A stretch of 63,269 bases of DNA, counting the filler, from Octopus bimaculoides (taxonomy: Eukaryota): the NCBI RefSeq assembly GCF_001194135.2. It is 5 parts of 5 records of this genome, joined end to end, with 100 filler letters (N's around TTAATTAATTAA, not from the genome) between each part and the next. Parts side by side here need not be neighbours in the genome. Positions count along the whole stretch, not along the records: positions 1 to 28,439 come from NC_068992.1; positions 28,540 to 49,829 come from NC_068983.1; 3 more parts are not named here. One strand, given 5' to 3'. Position 1 is the stretch's first letter, and each line of letters opens with the position of its first letter. The notes beneath the pieces were generated by a model. The model had not been told where the DNA came from. It ran no database searches and worked only from the letters and a program-made list of their open reading frames with translations. The position numbers and the translations under genes are program-made. This document shows positions 27,900 to 37,810 of this stretch, piece after piece.

Positions 27900-28439
27900 T
27901 TGATGCCGCTAACGTTTCTTTTCAAATATCGCAGATCAACACATACAGGGAAGGCCTGGGAGATCTCTAAGTACCGATATTCTGAGAAGAAACTGTTGAG
28001 CATAGTGGGTAGTCCGGGCTTGGTGTCATAGTAGTTGAACAGAATGTGGTGTATATGAGGTAGAGAGCAAGGAGGTCGAGGATGTTAAAGTGGTGGAGCT
28101 AAAAGACCCGCTATCTCTGAGAAGCAAAGGCATCTTCGAGTTAACTGGTCTCCTAGTAATAAAATGATGGAGAAAGACAACCCGCCTGTTGGCAAGACGC
28201 TCGAGGGGTTCCGTTAGTGATTGAATACCTACCAATCGAATGGACCTTCGTTGGATGCGGTTCCGCATGGTAGTGCGCATAGTCGAAGTACCTATTTTCG
28301 TTAGATTTTTACTTTAGCCTTGTAGAGTGTCTGAAATTGTTAGAGGCTAAAATATCCCTCTCGCCCTGAAGAGAGGGGCTAATCTCGGGAATGCAGTTCT
28401 AGCTGTGCTAAGGATGTTCTTTAAGCAGGAGAGGAATAG
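27900..28439 (-). mobile_element. CR1/L2-group LINE, 3' end of ORF2, decayed
   Basis: Minus frame CLKNILSTARTAFPRLAPLFRARGIF*...NRIQRRSIRLVGIQSLTEPLERLANRR, then ARTTHYA/NSFF...FP..VDLRYLKRNVSGIN. This resembles the CR1/L2 post-RT motifs (LGxLFRARxxF; IQKRAIRLIG; HYANSFFPR; DLQxFK). Confidence 0.75.
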
Positions 28440-28539
28440 NNNNNNNNNNNNNNNNNNNNNNNNNNNNNNNNNNNNNNNNNNNNTTAATTAATTAANNNNN
28501 NNNNNNNNNNNNNNNNNNNNNNNNNNNNNNNNNNNNNNN
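28440..28539. other. artificial assembly spacer 44N-TTAATTAATTAA-44N
   Basis: Exactly 100 nt, identical at four sites. The 12-mer gives stops in all six frames. Confidence 0.95.
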
Positions 28540-28559
28540 CTAGAATGAAATCTAGTTTC

Positions 28560-28777
28560 TGTTCTTCAGCATAGTATAGTACTAACCTCAAGTTTCCGAG
28601 TGCAATTCCAATAATAATAATAATAATAATAATAACATCAAAAAATACCTTAGAAATGAGAACTCAGGTTCGAAATTTCCTCAAGACATCTGATGAAGGC
28701 TGGAGGGTATATCAGCCAAAACATTGTGTTAACAACAAACGAGATGAGGACAAATATCCATTGAATGTAAATAATGT
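28560..28777 (+). mobile_element. tRNA-headed SINE-like element with HHR-bearing tail, copy 1 (head degenerate)
   Basis: Aligns by eye to copy 2 from tactaac through (AAT)n, aacatcaaaaaataccttag and ctgatgaaggctgg to aatgtaaataatgta. Confidence 0.75.
28685..28730 (+). ncRNA. minimal type I hammerhead ribozyme motif, degenerate copy
   Basis: GACAT-CTGATGA-A-GGCTG(GAGGGTATAT)CAGCC-AAAAC-ATT-GTGTT. Stem II is perfect. G12 and the helix III G are mutated to A, both at CpG sites. Confidence 0.55.
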
Positions 28778-28807
28778 AGTCTGGGAACCTTCTGATACCA
28801 CCTCGTA
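28778..28807 (-). mobile_element. isolated mariner-like TIR end
   Basis: Reverse complement TACGAGGTGGTATCAGAAGGTTCCCAGACT resembles mariner termini (TA-CGAGG...). No partner TIR found. Confidence 0.4.
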
Positions 28808-29398
28808 TAGCATGATTATTATTACATTACAAGCACATCGGTCAAGTTCTTAAATCAGCTTCAGATATTTTGCTGTGACTGTATAAAACACATCATATTG
28901 ATTCATATACCATCATCTACTAGTTTTACTATATCTTAATATATTAGCATCTTCAAAAGTCATTTTGTATTTAATGGTGAATTTAGTACATTTCCGTAGT
29001 TGGATTTGTGTCTGTCAAGGTGTAAGTATTTCAGAAACTTTAGTTATGGTAAAGGCTTTAGCAATATATATAATTTAAATACCTGTAGTTAGTGTTTATT
29101 ACGATTTATTAAATGAATTCTGACATTTGAAGTTTAGGCTTATCAAAGGTAGTAAGTTCGCCCATAAGTTTGTAAGTTTTTAGTCTATAACAGTTTGTGA
29201 AACATTTACAATATGCCTGCAGACAAAACAATTCAGACATGCCAGACTCAATAGTAACATTATTTTGATTAATTTGAAGTAAAATCTGGATGTGTTACAT
29301 TCCTTATGTAACACATCCAATGCTGGGGTTGATATAACCAATTACACCCCTTCCCCTGAATTTTGAAACTAATAGAATTTACAGTACTATATTTAAGA

Positions 29399-29637
29399 GA
29401 TGTCGTAGTGGTTAAGAGTGCAGGTTACTAACTCAAAGATTCCGAGTTCAATTCCAAGCAGTGACCTGAATAATAATAATAATAATAATAACATCAAAAA
29501 ATACCTTAAGAATGAGAACCCAGGTTCGAAATTGCCCCAAGACACCTGATGAAGGCTGGAGAGTATATCAGCAGAAACGTTGTGTTAACAACAAACAAGA
29601 TGAGAACAAATATCCGTCAAATGTAAATAATGTAAAT
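29399..29637 (+). mobile_element. tRNA-headed SINE-like element with HHR-bearing tail, copy 2
   Basis: A-box-like gtcgtagtggttaag (29402-29416), B-box gttcaattcc (29446-29455), (AAT)n, about 150-nt tail ending in tgtaaataa twice. Confidence 0.8.
29541..29586 (+). ncRNA. minimal type I hammerhead ribozyme motif with palindromic helix III
   Basis: GACAC-CTGATGA-A-GGCTG(GAGAGTATAT)CAGCA-GAAAC-GTT-GTGTT. Stem I GACAC/GTGTT pairs, the core is intact, helix III is the AACGTT palindrome, and stem II has one basal mismatch. Confidence 0.7.
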
Positions 29638-30073
29638 AAAGTAATATAATTTAGATTTTTTAAAACAGTGCTCCAGCATGATCATATACAGTAATTAAAT
29701 ACATAAAAATATAAATGAATACATTAATTAATTGATGAATTCTCCCATTGTACATGACATATGAGTGTTTAGCTCAAATGATTTGTTTATTTATTTATTA
29801 ATACTTATTTATTAATTATTTATCAATATTTATTTATTAATATTTATTTATTTATTTATTAATATATATTTATTTATTTATTTATTAAATGTATGCGCTG
29901 TACATTAACTCACATTCTCCCTCAAATCGATGTTGTCTGAACAGGTGAATGGTGTATCATGCATCAGGTGTCAAAATGATTTCAGAACAATGGGAGACGA
30001 CGTGTTTTGTTCAAGAACACAATGCATCCCATTGTCTAGGAATTGAAATCATTATCTGACGTTTATGAGTGCG

Positions 30074-30892
30074 ATACCCTAACCATTAGGCTATGCATTC
30101 TTGCTAATTAAATATACTTCCAATATTGAATTATTTTAAACATATTAGCAAAATTCGAAGAAATAATGCATAATAATTCTTATACGATTTTTACTAAAAC
30201 CATTAGACAAGTACCCTAAACATTAAGCTATGGATCCTTGCTAATTAAATATACTTCGAATATTGAATAATTTTAAAACATGAAAGTAGATGTCTGGCTT
30301 CCGTGCCAGTGGCACGTAAATAGCACCATTTAAGCGTGATCGTTACCAGCGTGGCCTTACTGGCTCTTGTGCCGGTAGCACATGAAAAAACATTCGAGCG
30401 AGGCCGTTGCCAGTGCTGCTAGACTAGCTCCTGTGCAGGTGGCACGTAAAATGCACCATTTTGAGTGTGGGCATTGCTAGTACCGCCTGACTGACCCTCG
30501 TGTCAATGGCACATAAAAGCACCCACTACACTCTCGGGGTGGTTGGCGCTAGGAAGGGCATTCAGCCGTAGAAACTCTGCCAGATCAGATTAGAGCCTGG
30601 TGCAACCATCTGGTCTGCCAGTCCTCAGTCAAATCGTCCAACTCATGCTAGTATGGAAGGCGGACGTTAAACGATGATGATGATGATTAGCAAACTTCGA
30701 AGAAATTAGGCATTATAATTCTCGTACGACTTTTAGTGAAACCATTGGACAAGTACCCTAACCATTAGGCTATGCATCCTTGCTAATTAAATATATTTCC
30801 AATATTGAATAATTTTAAACATATTAGCAAAATTCAAAGAAATTATGCATAATAATTCTTATACAACTTTTAGTGAAACCATTGGACAACAG
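30074..30892. repeat. about 139-bp tandem repeat, 3 units, interrupted by a SINE
   Basis: Units start taccctaa(c/a)catta(g/a)gctatg at about 30076, 30213 and 30754. Unit 2 is split by the SINE at 30285-30686. Confidence 0.85.
30285..30686 (+). mobile_element. SINE family C 3' region with internal ~66-bp repeats and (GAT)n tail
   Basis: tggcacgtaaa..gcacc repeats, then ggttggcgctaggaagggc...catgctagtatggaaggcggacgttaaacgatgatgatg. Confidence 0.85.
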
Positions 30893-31569
30893 TCTACACA
30901 TTAACAACTGTGCCACTGCACTTTCACCTATTTCAAAATTCTTCCTTTCTTAGGAAAAAAAAATAAGGCAAGAAAAAATGCCACAAAGAATTTGGTGAAA
31001 TTTTCTTTCATCTCTGCATATATTCATATTCTCAGTATGCTGTGTGACATGACATCACAGCATGCACATGTAAGTTTATCCAAGCTGCTATTTTTGTTTA
31101 AGATGCATTTTTAGCTGAGAGGATGGTAAAATAATTTTTAGGATTAGTAACAGAAAACGTACGTAAAAATAAAAAAAATAAAAAAAATATGGAACAAATC
31201 TCTCTTTTTTTCCCCCTTTTCTGAACATGTCTTTGAAGAGAACTGCTACACTTTCTCTCTCAGCCCCTTTCTCTTCCTTCTTCTCATACATGTATTTCTG
31301 TATGTGCATGTAATCTTAAAATATTCTGCACCAAAAAATATCTATCATTCTCAGATCATATGTAAAGTATTTTGGAAGCAAGACAACTTGCAGATTAAGA
31401 AATAATAAAAATACAAAGATGGAGTTTTACATCCACTTTGCTAAGGATAGAATAAATTTGGATATGGATATTTCTATTCGAATTCTTGGTGCAGCAATTC
31501 CTAAATGCATATTGTCTCTATGACATAAAACCCACAACTTTAAAGTTGGAAAGCATACGATATATGACC

Positions 31570-32000
31570 TCATCATCAACAGCATCATTCATCATCATCA
31601 TCATCACCATCGTTATCATTAACCTCATTGTTATCATCATCATCATCAACGTCGTCGTCATCATCATCATTCATCATCATCGTCATCATTATCATCATCG
31701 TTATCATCATCATCGTCATCATCATTATTATCATTAGCATCCTCATCCCCATCATCATCATTATCATCATCGTCATCACCGTCATCATCATCATTGTCAT
31801 CATCATCATCGTCATCATCTTCATCGTCGTCATCATCATCATCATCGTCGTCATCATCATCATCATCATCGTAACCATCGTCATCATCATTGTCATCATC
31901 ATCATCATCATCATCGTTGTCGTCTTCGTCATCATCATCATCGTCTTCATCATTATCATGATCATCATGAACATGATCATTATCATCGTCATCATCATTG

Positions 32001-32040
<40 letters not shown>
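31570..32040. repeat. about 470-bp imperfect (CAT)n/(CGT)n microsatellite forming the tail of a minus-strand SINE
   Basis: Direct. Abuts ttaacgtccattttccatg at 32041. Confidence 0.95.
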
Positions 32041-32190
32041 TTAACGTCCATTTTCCATGTTGGCATGGGCTGGACAGTCCGACAGGTGCCGGCTAGGCAG
32101 AAGACTGCACCAGGCTTCAGTGTCTGTTTTGGTTGAGATTTTATGATTGGATACTCTTCCCAATACCAACCACCTTACAGCATGAATGTG
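32041..32190 (-). mobile_element. SINE family C 3' end
   Basis: Reverse complement of the family C tail (catgttggcatgggctggacag...gcaccaggcttcag). Confidence 0.75.
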
Positions 32191-32299
32191 TGCATGTCTG
32201 TGTCTCTTTGTTTTTACATTAGCTACAAAGTTGTAAATGAGTGCCACTGTCATAAAAGCAGTGTCAATTTCCTGTTGACTGCAAAAAACAGTTTGGCCA

Positions 32300-33240
32300 T
32301 AGAGAAATATTCTTTTCTATTCTAGGCAAAGGACCCGAATTTTTTTGGGAGGGAGCTAGTTGATTAGATCGACCTCAGTATGCAACTGGTACTTAATTTA
32401 TCGATCACGAAAGGATTAAGGGTAAAGTTGAACTTGGTGGAATTTGAACTCAGAACCACTAAGCATTTCACCCGTCGTGCTAACGTTTCTGCCAGCTTAC
32501 CACCTTTTTAAAAAAAAAAAAAATTTTTCTACTCTAGGCACAACACTTGAAATTTTTGGGAAGGGGCCAGTCAATTAGATCGACCCTAGTACGCAACTGG
32601 TACTTAAATTATTGACCCTAAAAGGATGAAAGGCAAAGTCAACCTTAGTGGAATTTGAACTCAGAATGTAAAGACAGACGAAATACAGTTACGCATTTTG
32701 CCTGGCATGCTAACGTTTCTGCCAGCTCGCCTTGGTTTTGCAAAAAATATATTCTTTTCTACTCTAGGCATAAGGCCCAAAATTTTTAGTGAGTGGGCCA
32801 GTCAATTACACCAACCCCAGTATGCGACTGGTACTTAATTTATCGACCCCAAAAGGATGAAAATCAAAGTCGATCTCGATGGAATTTGAACTCAGAATGT
32901 AAAGACAGATAAAATACCACTAAGCATTTCGCCCTGTGTGCTAACGTTTCTTATTTCTTTATTGCCCACAAGGAGCTAAACATAGAGAGGACAAACAAGG
33001 ATAGACGAAGAGATTATGACGATTGCATCGACCCCAGTGTGTGACTGGTACTTAATTCATCGACCCCGAAAGGATGAAAAGCAAAGTTGACCTTGGAGGA
33101 ATTTGAACTCAGAACGTCATGGCAGACGAAATACCGCTAAGCATTTCGCCCGGTGTGTTNNNNNNNNNNCATGGCAGACGAAATACCGCTAAGCATTTCG
33201 CCTGGCGTGCTAACGTTTCTGCCAGCTCGCCACCTTGCCA
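32300..33240 (-). mobile_element. head-to-tail array of about 4-5 SINE family B copies
   Basis: actggtactt(a)a...atcgac...aaaggat...ggaatttgaactcagaa...gctaacgtttc recurs at about 32390, 32600, 32830 and 33050, plus a head at about 33170. Confidence 0.85.
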
Positions 33241-33859
33241 TAGAGAAATATTACCTCACCAGAAAACTGATGTGGTTTGGTGACAGGAAGGGTATCTAGC
33301 CGCAGAAAATCTACCTGAATAAACCCTGCCAACCCATGCAAATATGAAAAAGTAAATGTTAAGCATGATGATGGTTTTAAGATTTAAGTATGAAGAATAT
33401 CGTGCTTTTCTTCAAACCTGATAATGAAGTGTGTATTATTCTGAACTCTACATGTTTCTCAATTTTATATAATCTTAAGACTGTATCATATTTTTGTAAA
33501 TTCTGATGAAGAGAATACAAAAATTTATGGGAATATTTTGTGTGTCTCTGGAGATTATTGGGTGTAAAATATGAAGATGTTATGACATTTTCATTTTAAT
33601 ATTCATACATTAATTACAGTGAGAAACTAATTAAACGTCCTTTGAGTATAAGTTATAGTGTATTGGATAAAGTTTTTTCAAACAATAAAACAAGTCAGAT
33701 AGAGAAATTTATTCCAACTGCTTTCATTTTACATCACTAATATGGCAATCAATAGGTATGAAATGGCTATTTAAAAAACGTTGTAGTCAAGGTGTTGTTC
33801 TGCTGACGAAAACAAAAGGTGTTCTAGTCTTACCTCTATGTCTTTTTCTTTTTCACTTA

Positions 33860-34090
33860 GATTATTAACGTCATCATCATTATCATCATCATATAATTGA
33901 AAGTTTATTGTCCATGCTGGCATGGGTTTGGACAGTTTCGCCAGAGCTGGCAAGCTGAAGAGCTGCACCAGGCTGCAATAGTCTGTTTTGGCATGGTNNN
34001 NNNNNNNCCAGGCTGCAATAGTCTGTTTTGGTAAGGTTTTTGTGGTTGAATGCCCATCCTAATGCCAACCACTTTACAGAGTGTACTGCG
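33860..34090 (-). mobile_element. SINE family C 3' end leading into the minisatellite
   Basis: tccatgctggcatgggtttggacag...gaatgcccatcctaatgccaaccac. Confidence 0.8.
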
Positions 34091-34964
34091 TGCTTTTATG
34101 TGGTGCTTTTACATGGTACCACATGGGTGCTTTTATGTGTCACTGCACGGGTGGTTTTACATAGTACCACATGAATGCTTTTATGCGGCACTACATGGCT
34201 GCTTTTACATGGTGCCATATGGGTGCTATTATGTGGCACTGCATGGATGCTTTTACATGGTACTACATGTGTGCTTTTACGTGACACTGCATACGTACTT
34301 TTACATGGTACCACATGGGTGTTTTAACATTGTACCACATGGGTGATTTTGTGAGGCACTGCTTGGGTGCTTTTACATGGTACCACATGGGTGCTTTTAT
34401 GTGGCACTGCATGGGTATTTTTACATGGTACAACATGTGTGCTTTTGTGGGACTGTATGGGTACTCTTACATGGGACTACATTGGTGTTTTTATGTGACA
34501 CTTCATGGGTGCTTTTACATGATACCACATGGTGGTTTTTCTGTAGCACTGGATGGGTGCTCTTACATGGTACCACATGTGTGATTTTATGTGGCACTGC
34601 ACGGGTACTTTTATATGGTACCACATGGATGCTTTTACATAGCACTGCAAGGGTGCTTTTACATGGTTCCACATGGGTGCTTTTACGAGGCACTGCACAG
34701 GTACTTTTACATGGTACCACATGGATGCTTTTATGTGGCACTGCACGGGTGTTTTACATGGTACCACATGGATGCTTATATGTGGAACCACATGGATGAT
34801 TTTATATGGTACCACATGGATGCTTTTATGTGGAACCGCATGGGTGATTTTACATGGTACCACATGGGTGCTTTTACATGGCACAGTGCAAGTGCTTTTA
34901 CATGGCACTGCACAGGCACTTATATGTGGCACCACCATGAGTGCATTTTATGTGGCACTGGCAC
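34091..34964. repeat. 24-bp minisatellite, about 35 units, with alternating A/B subunits (48-bp higher-order repeat)
   Basis: A = tgcttttacatggtaccacatggg, B = tgcttttatgtggcactgcatggg, mostly alternating. Confidence 0.92.
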
Positions 34965-35341
34965 AGAACCCTTGCAGGTCAATCCTCTTCCCCACGAGGG
35001 CATGTCTTAACTCTCCTGCTGTGGGACATAGGTCTTCTTGAGTACAGTAAGGCAGATATTTTATACATCCCAGATATTTTATACATTATTTGTTTCAATC
35101 ATTGGACTATGGCCATGATGGGGCACTACCTAAGAGTAAAAAAAATTGCTCCCCTGGTGCTTGTGAACTTTTTTATCTGTTTTAAATCTGGTATTTATTC
35201 TGTTAGTTCCTTTTGCTGAGAGACTAAGTTATGGGAAAGTAAAAAAAAAACCCAAAGATGCACTGTCAAACTGTGATGGACCCAGGTTACAATATAGAAA
35301 ACAACATATGCACAGGCACATTATACATGTATGTAGGAGTA

Positions 35342-35382
<41 letters not shown>

Positions 35383-35393
<11 letters not shown>

Positions 35394-35607
35394 CATTTGA
35401 AACGGAAATGTTTCCATGCAAGCGTAATGGAAATGTATAGCTATGAAGATAAAAACTAAGATCATTCCAAATTTGTTTGAATATGTGTATGTATGTGTGT
35501 GATTGGGAAATATTTGATTGCTTGTATCTGTAATTGTTCTGTGGTTCATTTTATATCTTGTTTGAATAACAATTAGCCATCAATTATAAACGGCACAAGG
35601 TCAGCTA
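35383..35607 (+). repeat. left arm of a ~225-bp inverted repeat
   Basis: Reverse complement of 36146-36375, e.g. ggaaatgtttccatgcaagcgtaatggaaatgta versus tacatttccattacgcatgcatggaaacgtttcc. Confidence 0.9.
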
Positions 35608-35849
35608 ATAAATAAATATAGAAATAGCAAAAACAGTAGTAAGATAATTAAATAAATTAAATGTAAAAATCCACAGTCTCACAAACACCGATGGACCAAA
35701 ATTAAAATACTCACAATATCTTAAAATTAAATTTTTAAAAAAAGCTATAGGAACCTACTAGAGTAGTAATAGACCAAAGGGTGAAACCAAAATTATCAAG
35801 CACTCAAAAACCCCTAAATCATCTAATAAAACACTTATAATAGACAACT

Positions 35850-36140
35850 TTATTCAAAAATTTTAAACATGCATTTATTCTTATGAACACAGAAAAAACT
35901 CTTTTCAGATTTAGAGTTTAGCAGCCTTCTTCTAGAAAATAGAATCAAAAATAATTCCTCAAAACAAAGAGAGCAGAACCTATTACCAATCATATAAGCC
36001 AAGGCCGTCCCTAAAATGCTCCATTGATTAAAGTACGTTTTACTGTTATCTTTAAGATTCCAGATGAAATTATTAAGACTAGTAGAAGAAGCCCTGTTTC
36101 TGTTTCTAAAGGAAGGGTAATGATTTGAAACCCTTTTCTT
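35850..36140 (-). mobile_element. Penelope-like element, C-terminal part of GIY-YIG endonuclease
   Basis: Stop-free 96 codons, absent from the ORF track: KKRVSNHYPSFRNRNRASSTSLNNFIWNLKDNSKTYFNQWSILGTALAYMIGNRFCSLCFEELFLILFSRRRLLNSKSEKSFFCVHKNKCMFKIFE*. Matches the PLE pattern KRxxNHxxSF...STxLxxxIWxLK...WxI...CxLC.EE...LLNxxSE...CxHxNK. Confidence 0.85.
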
Positions 36141-36145
36141 AATAT

Positions 36146-36375
36146 AATTAGCTGTTTATAATTAATGGCTAATTGATGACTAATTGTTATTCAAACAAGA
36201 TACAAAACGAACTACAGAACAATCACAAATACAAGCATTCAAATATTTCCAAATCACACACATACATACACATATTCAAACAAATTTGGAATAATCACAG
36301 TTTTTATCTTCAGAGTTGTACATTTCCATTACGCATGCATGGAAACGTTTCCATTTTGAATAGCACTCACTCACA
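36146..36375 (-). repeat. right arm of a ~225-bp inverted repeat
   Basis: See left arm. Confidence 0.9.
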
Positions 36376-36739
36376 TATTCCCCCCCCACACACACACAGA
36401 CGCACACACATACAAACACACTAACATTCACATACCTTTCTTTTTCATATACACATGTATACACATATCTATCTATCTATCTAATAGTATTTTATAAGCA
36501 CACAACAGATTTCTTTACGGCTTCCTTCAACCTAATTCACTCCCAAGGCATAGGTCAGTCAACGGCTATAATAGAAGACACTTATGCAAGGTGCTGTGCA
36601 CTTGTACTGAACCCAAAAGCACATGATTGCAAAGTGATCTTCTAAATCACTTGCAAGTCTTTGAGAGGTCTTTGTTTTAGTTGATGAGCCTAGAGGCAGG
36701 ACAAATGCTCATGGCCACTGAAGGTTGTCCGAGAATGAT

Positions 36740-37020
36740 GAGCTTAATACTGTTTAATCTTCTATTTAAACTGTTACAGATCACCTCCTGCAGAAAAGAC
36801 ACACAAGTAGGATGGGGAGTCTAAAGGGTTGGTGTTGTGGATAAGACTGATCTGGCATAGTGGCTAATGCTAGGGAAATGTGTTTGATGTAATATAAGTG
36901 ACCAGAGTTGGAGAGTTGAGTGGATTGGAAGTAGTGAAGGTGTTGACTGATGGAGGCACAAGAACAGCTAGGTCTGGGAAGCAGAATCCAATATAGTAGT
37001 TGGAAAGTATGGAAAAGTAT
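36740..37020 (-). mobile_element. old CR1/L2-group LINE 3' remnant
   Basis: LYFSILSNYYIGFCFPDLAVLVPP...GGDL*QFK resembles SLFYRYYxGxCSxELxxLVPP...DLQxFK. Confidence 0.55.
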
Positions 37021-37234
37021 AGATGATTTAAGAACAGAAAATATATAATTTTTAGCAGGAAATATTTAACTTGGTAGTTCATGGATCATGACACATGACA
37101 TGAAAGGCGAAATATTGTAATTGGAGAAGTATGAGAGATGAGGCAGCTACCTGTGGGCCAGAGACTGGACATGTGTGAATGATGAAATGCAAATCAGCTG
37201 AGAGACTGTCCTCTGGATGTGGTCCAAGAGGCAA

Positions 37235-37810
37235 TGACTAGTGACCAAGACCTTTGGCGATATTCTATGCTTGAGAAGACCTTTCAAGCCAAGTGAAATC
37301 GTAATCATGGCCAATGTTGGTGTAATGTAACTGGCACCTATGCCAGTGGTATGTAAAGAGCACCTTTCGAGCGATGGGCCTCCAGAGGCAAAGTGGCTGA
37401 GTTCCTCTCAAGCATTGGGCCTTACGGATGCAAAGTGGCTGAGTTTCTTTTGAGCAATGGGCCTTACGGAGGCAAAGTGGCTGAATTCCTTCTGAGAGTT
37501 GGGCCTCACGGATGCAATGATCAAGACCTTTGGCATTACATTGCGCTTGAGAAGAAGACTCATCAAGCTGAGCAAAATCATAGTCGTGGCAGATATTGGT
37601 GTCAAGCAAATGGTACTCATGTCGGTGGCACATAAAGGCACCCATTACACTTTTGGAGTGGTTGGCATTGGGAAGGGCATCCAGCTGTAGAAAACCATGC
37701 TAAATCAGACTCGAGTCTGGTGCAGCCTTCCAGCTTACCAGCCCCGGTCAAACCGTCCAACTCATGCCAGCATGGACAACAGACGTTAAATGATGATGAC
37801 GATGGTGATG
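37235..37810 (+). mobile_element. SINE family C 3' region with internal ~42-bp repeats
   Basis: gggcct...gcaaagtggctga three times (37376-37510), then the family C tail ending gacgttaaatgatgatgac. Confidence 0.8.

Noticed and set aside
28026-28280. PLE N-terminus
   Set aside because: Extended translation fits the CR1/L2 ORF2 C-terminus much better.
28484-28495. TTAATTAATTAA as a biological motif (piggyBac TTAA or homeodomain site)
   Set aside because: It is always centred in exactly 44+44 N, so it is an artificial linker.
31585-32044. Poly-Met, poly-Ile and poly-His ORFs (also 18446, 24017, 43024)
   Set aside because: Trinucleotide microsatellite translations.
34091-34964. CRISPR-like array or Cys/His-rich repeat protein ORFs
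   Set aside because: The units are contiguous and mutually homologous with no unique spacers. The context is eukaryotic with no cas genes. The ORFs are translations of the minisatellite in several frames.
36057-36116. Plus-strand 60-nt exon IPDEIIKTSRRSPVSVSKGR
   Set aside because: Explained as the antisense of the PLE endonuclease frame.
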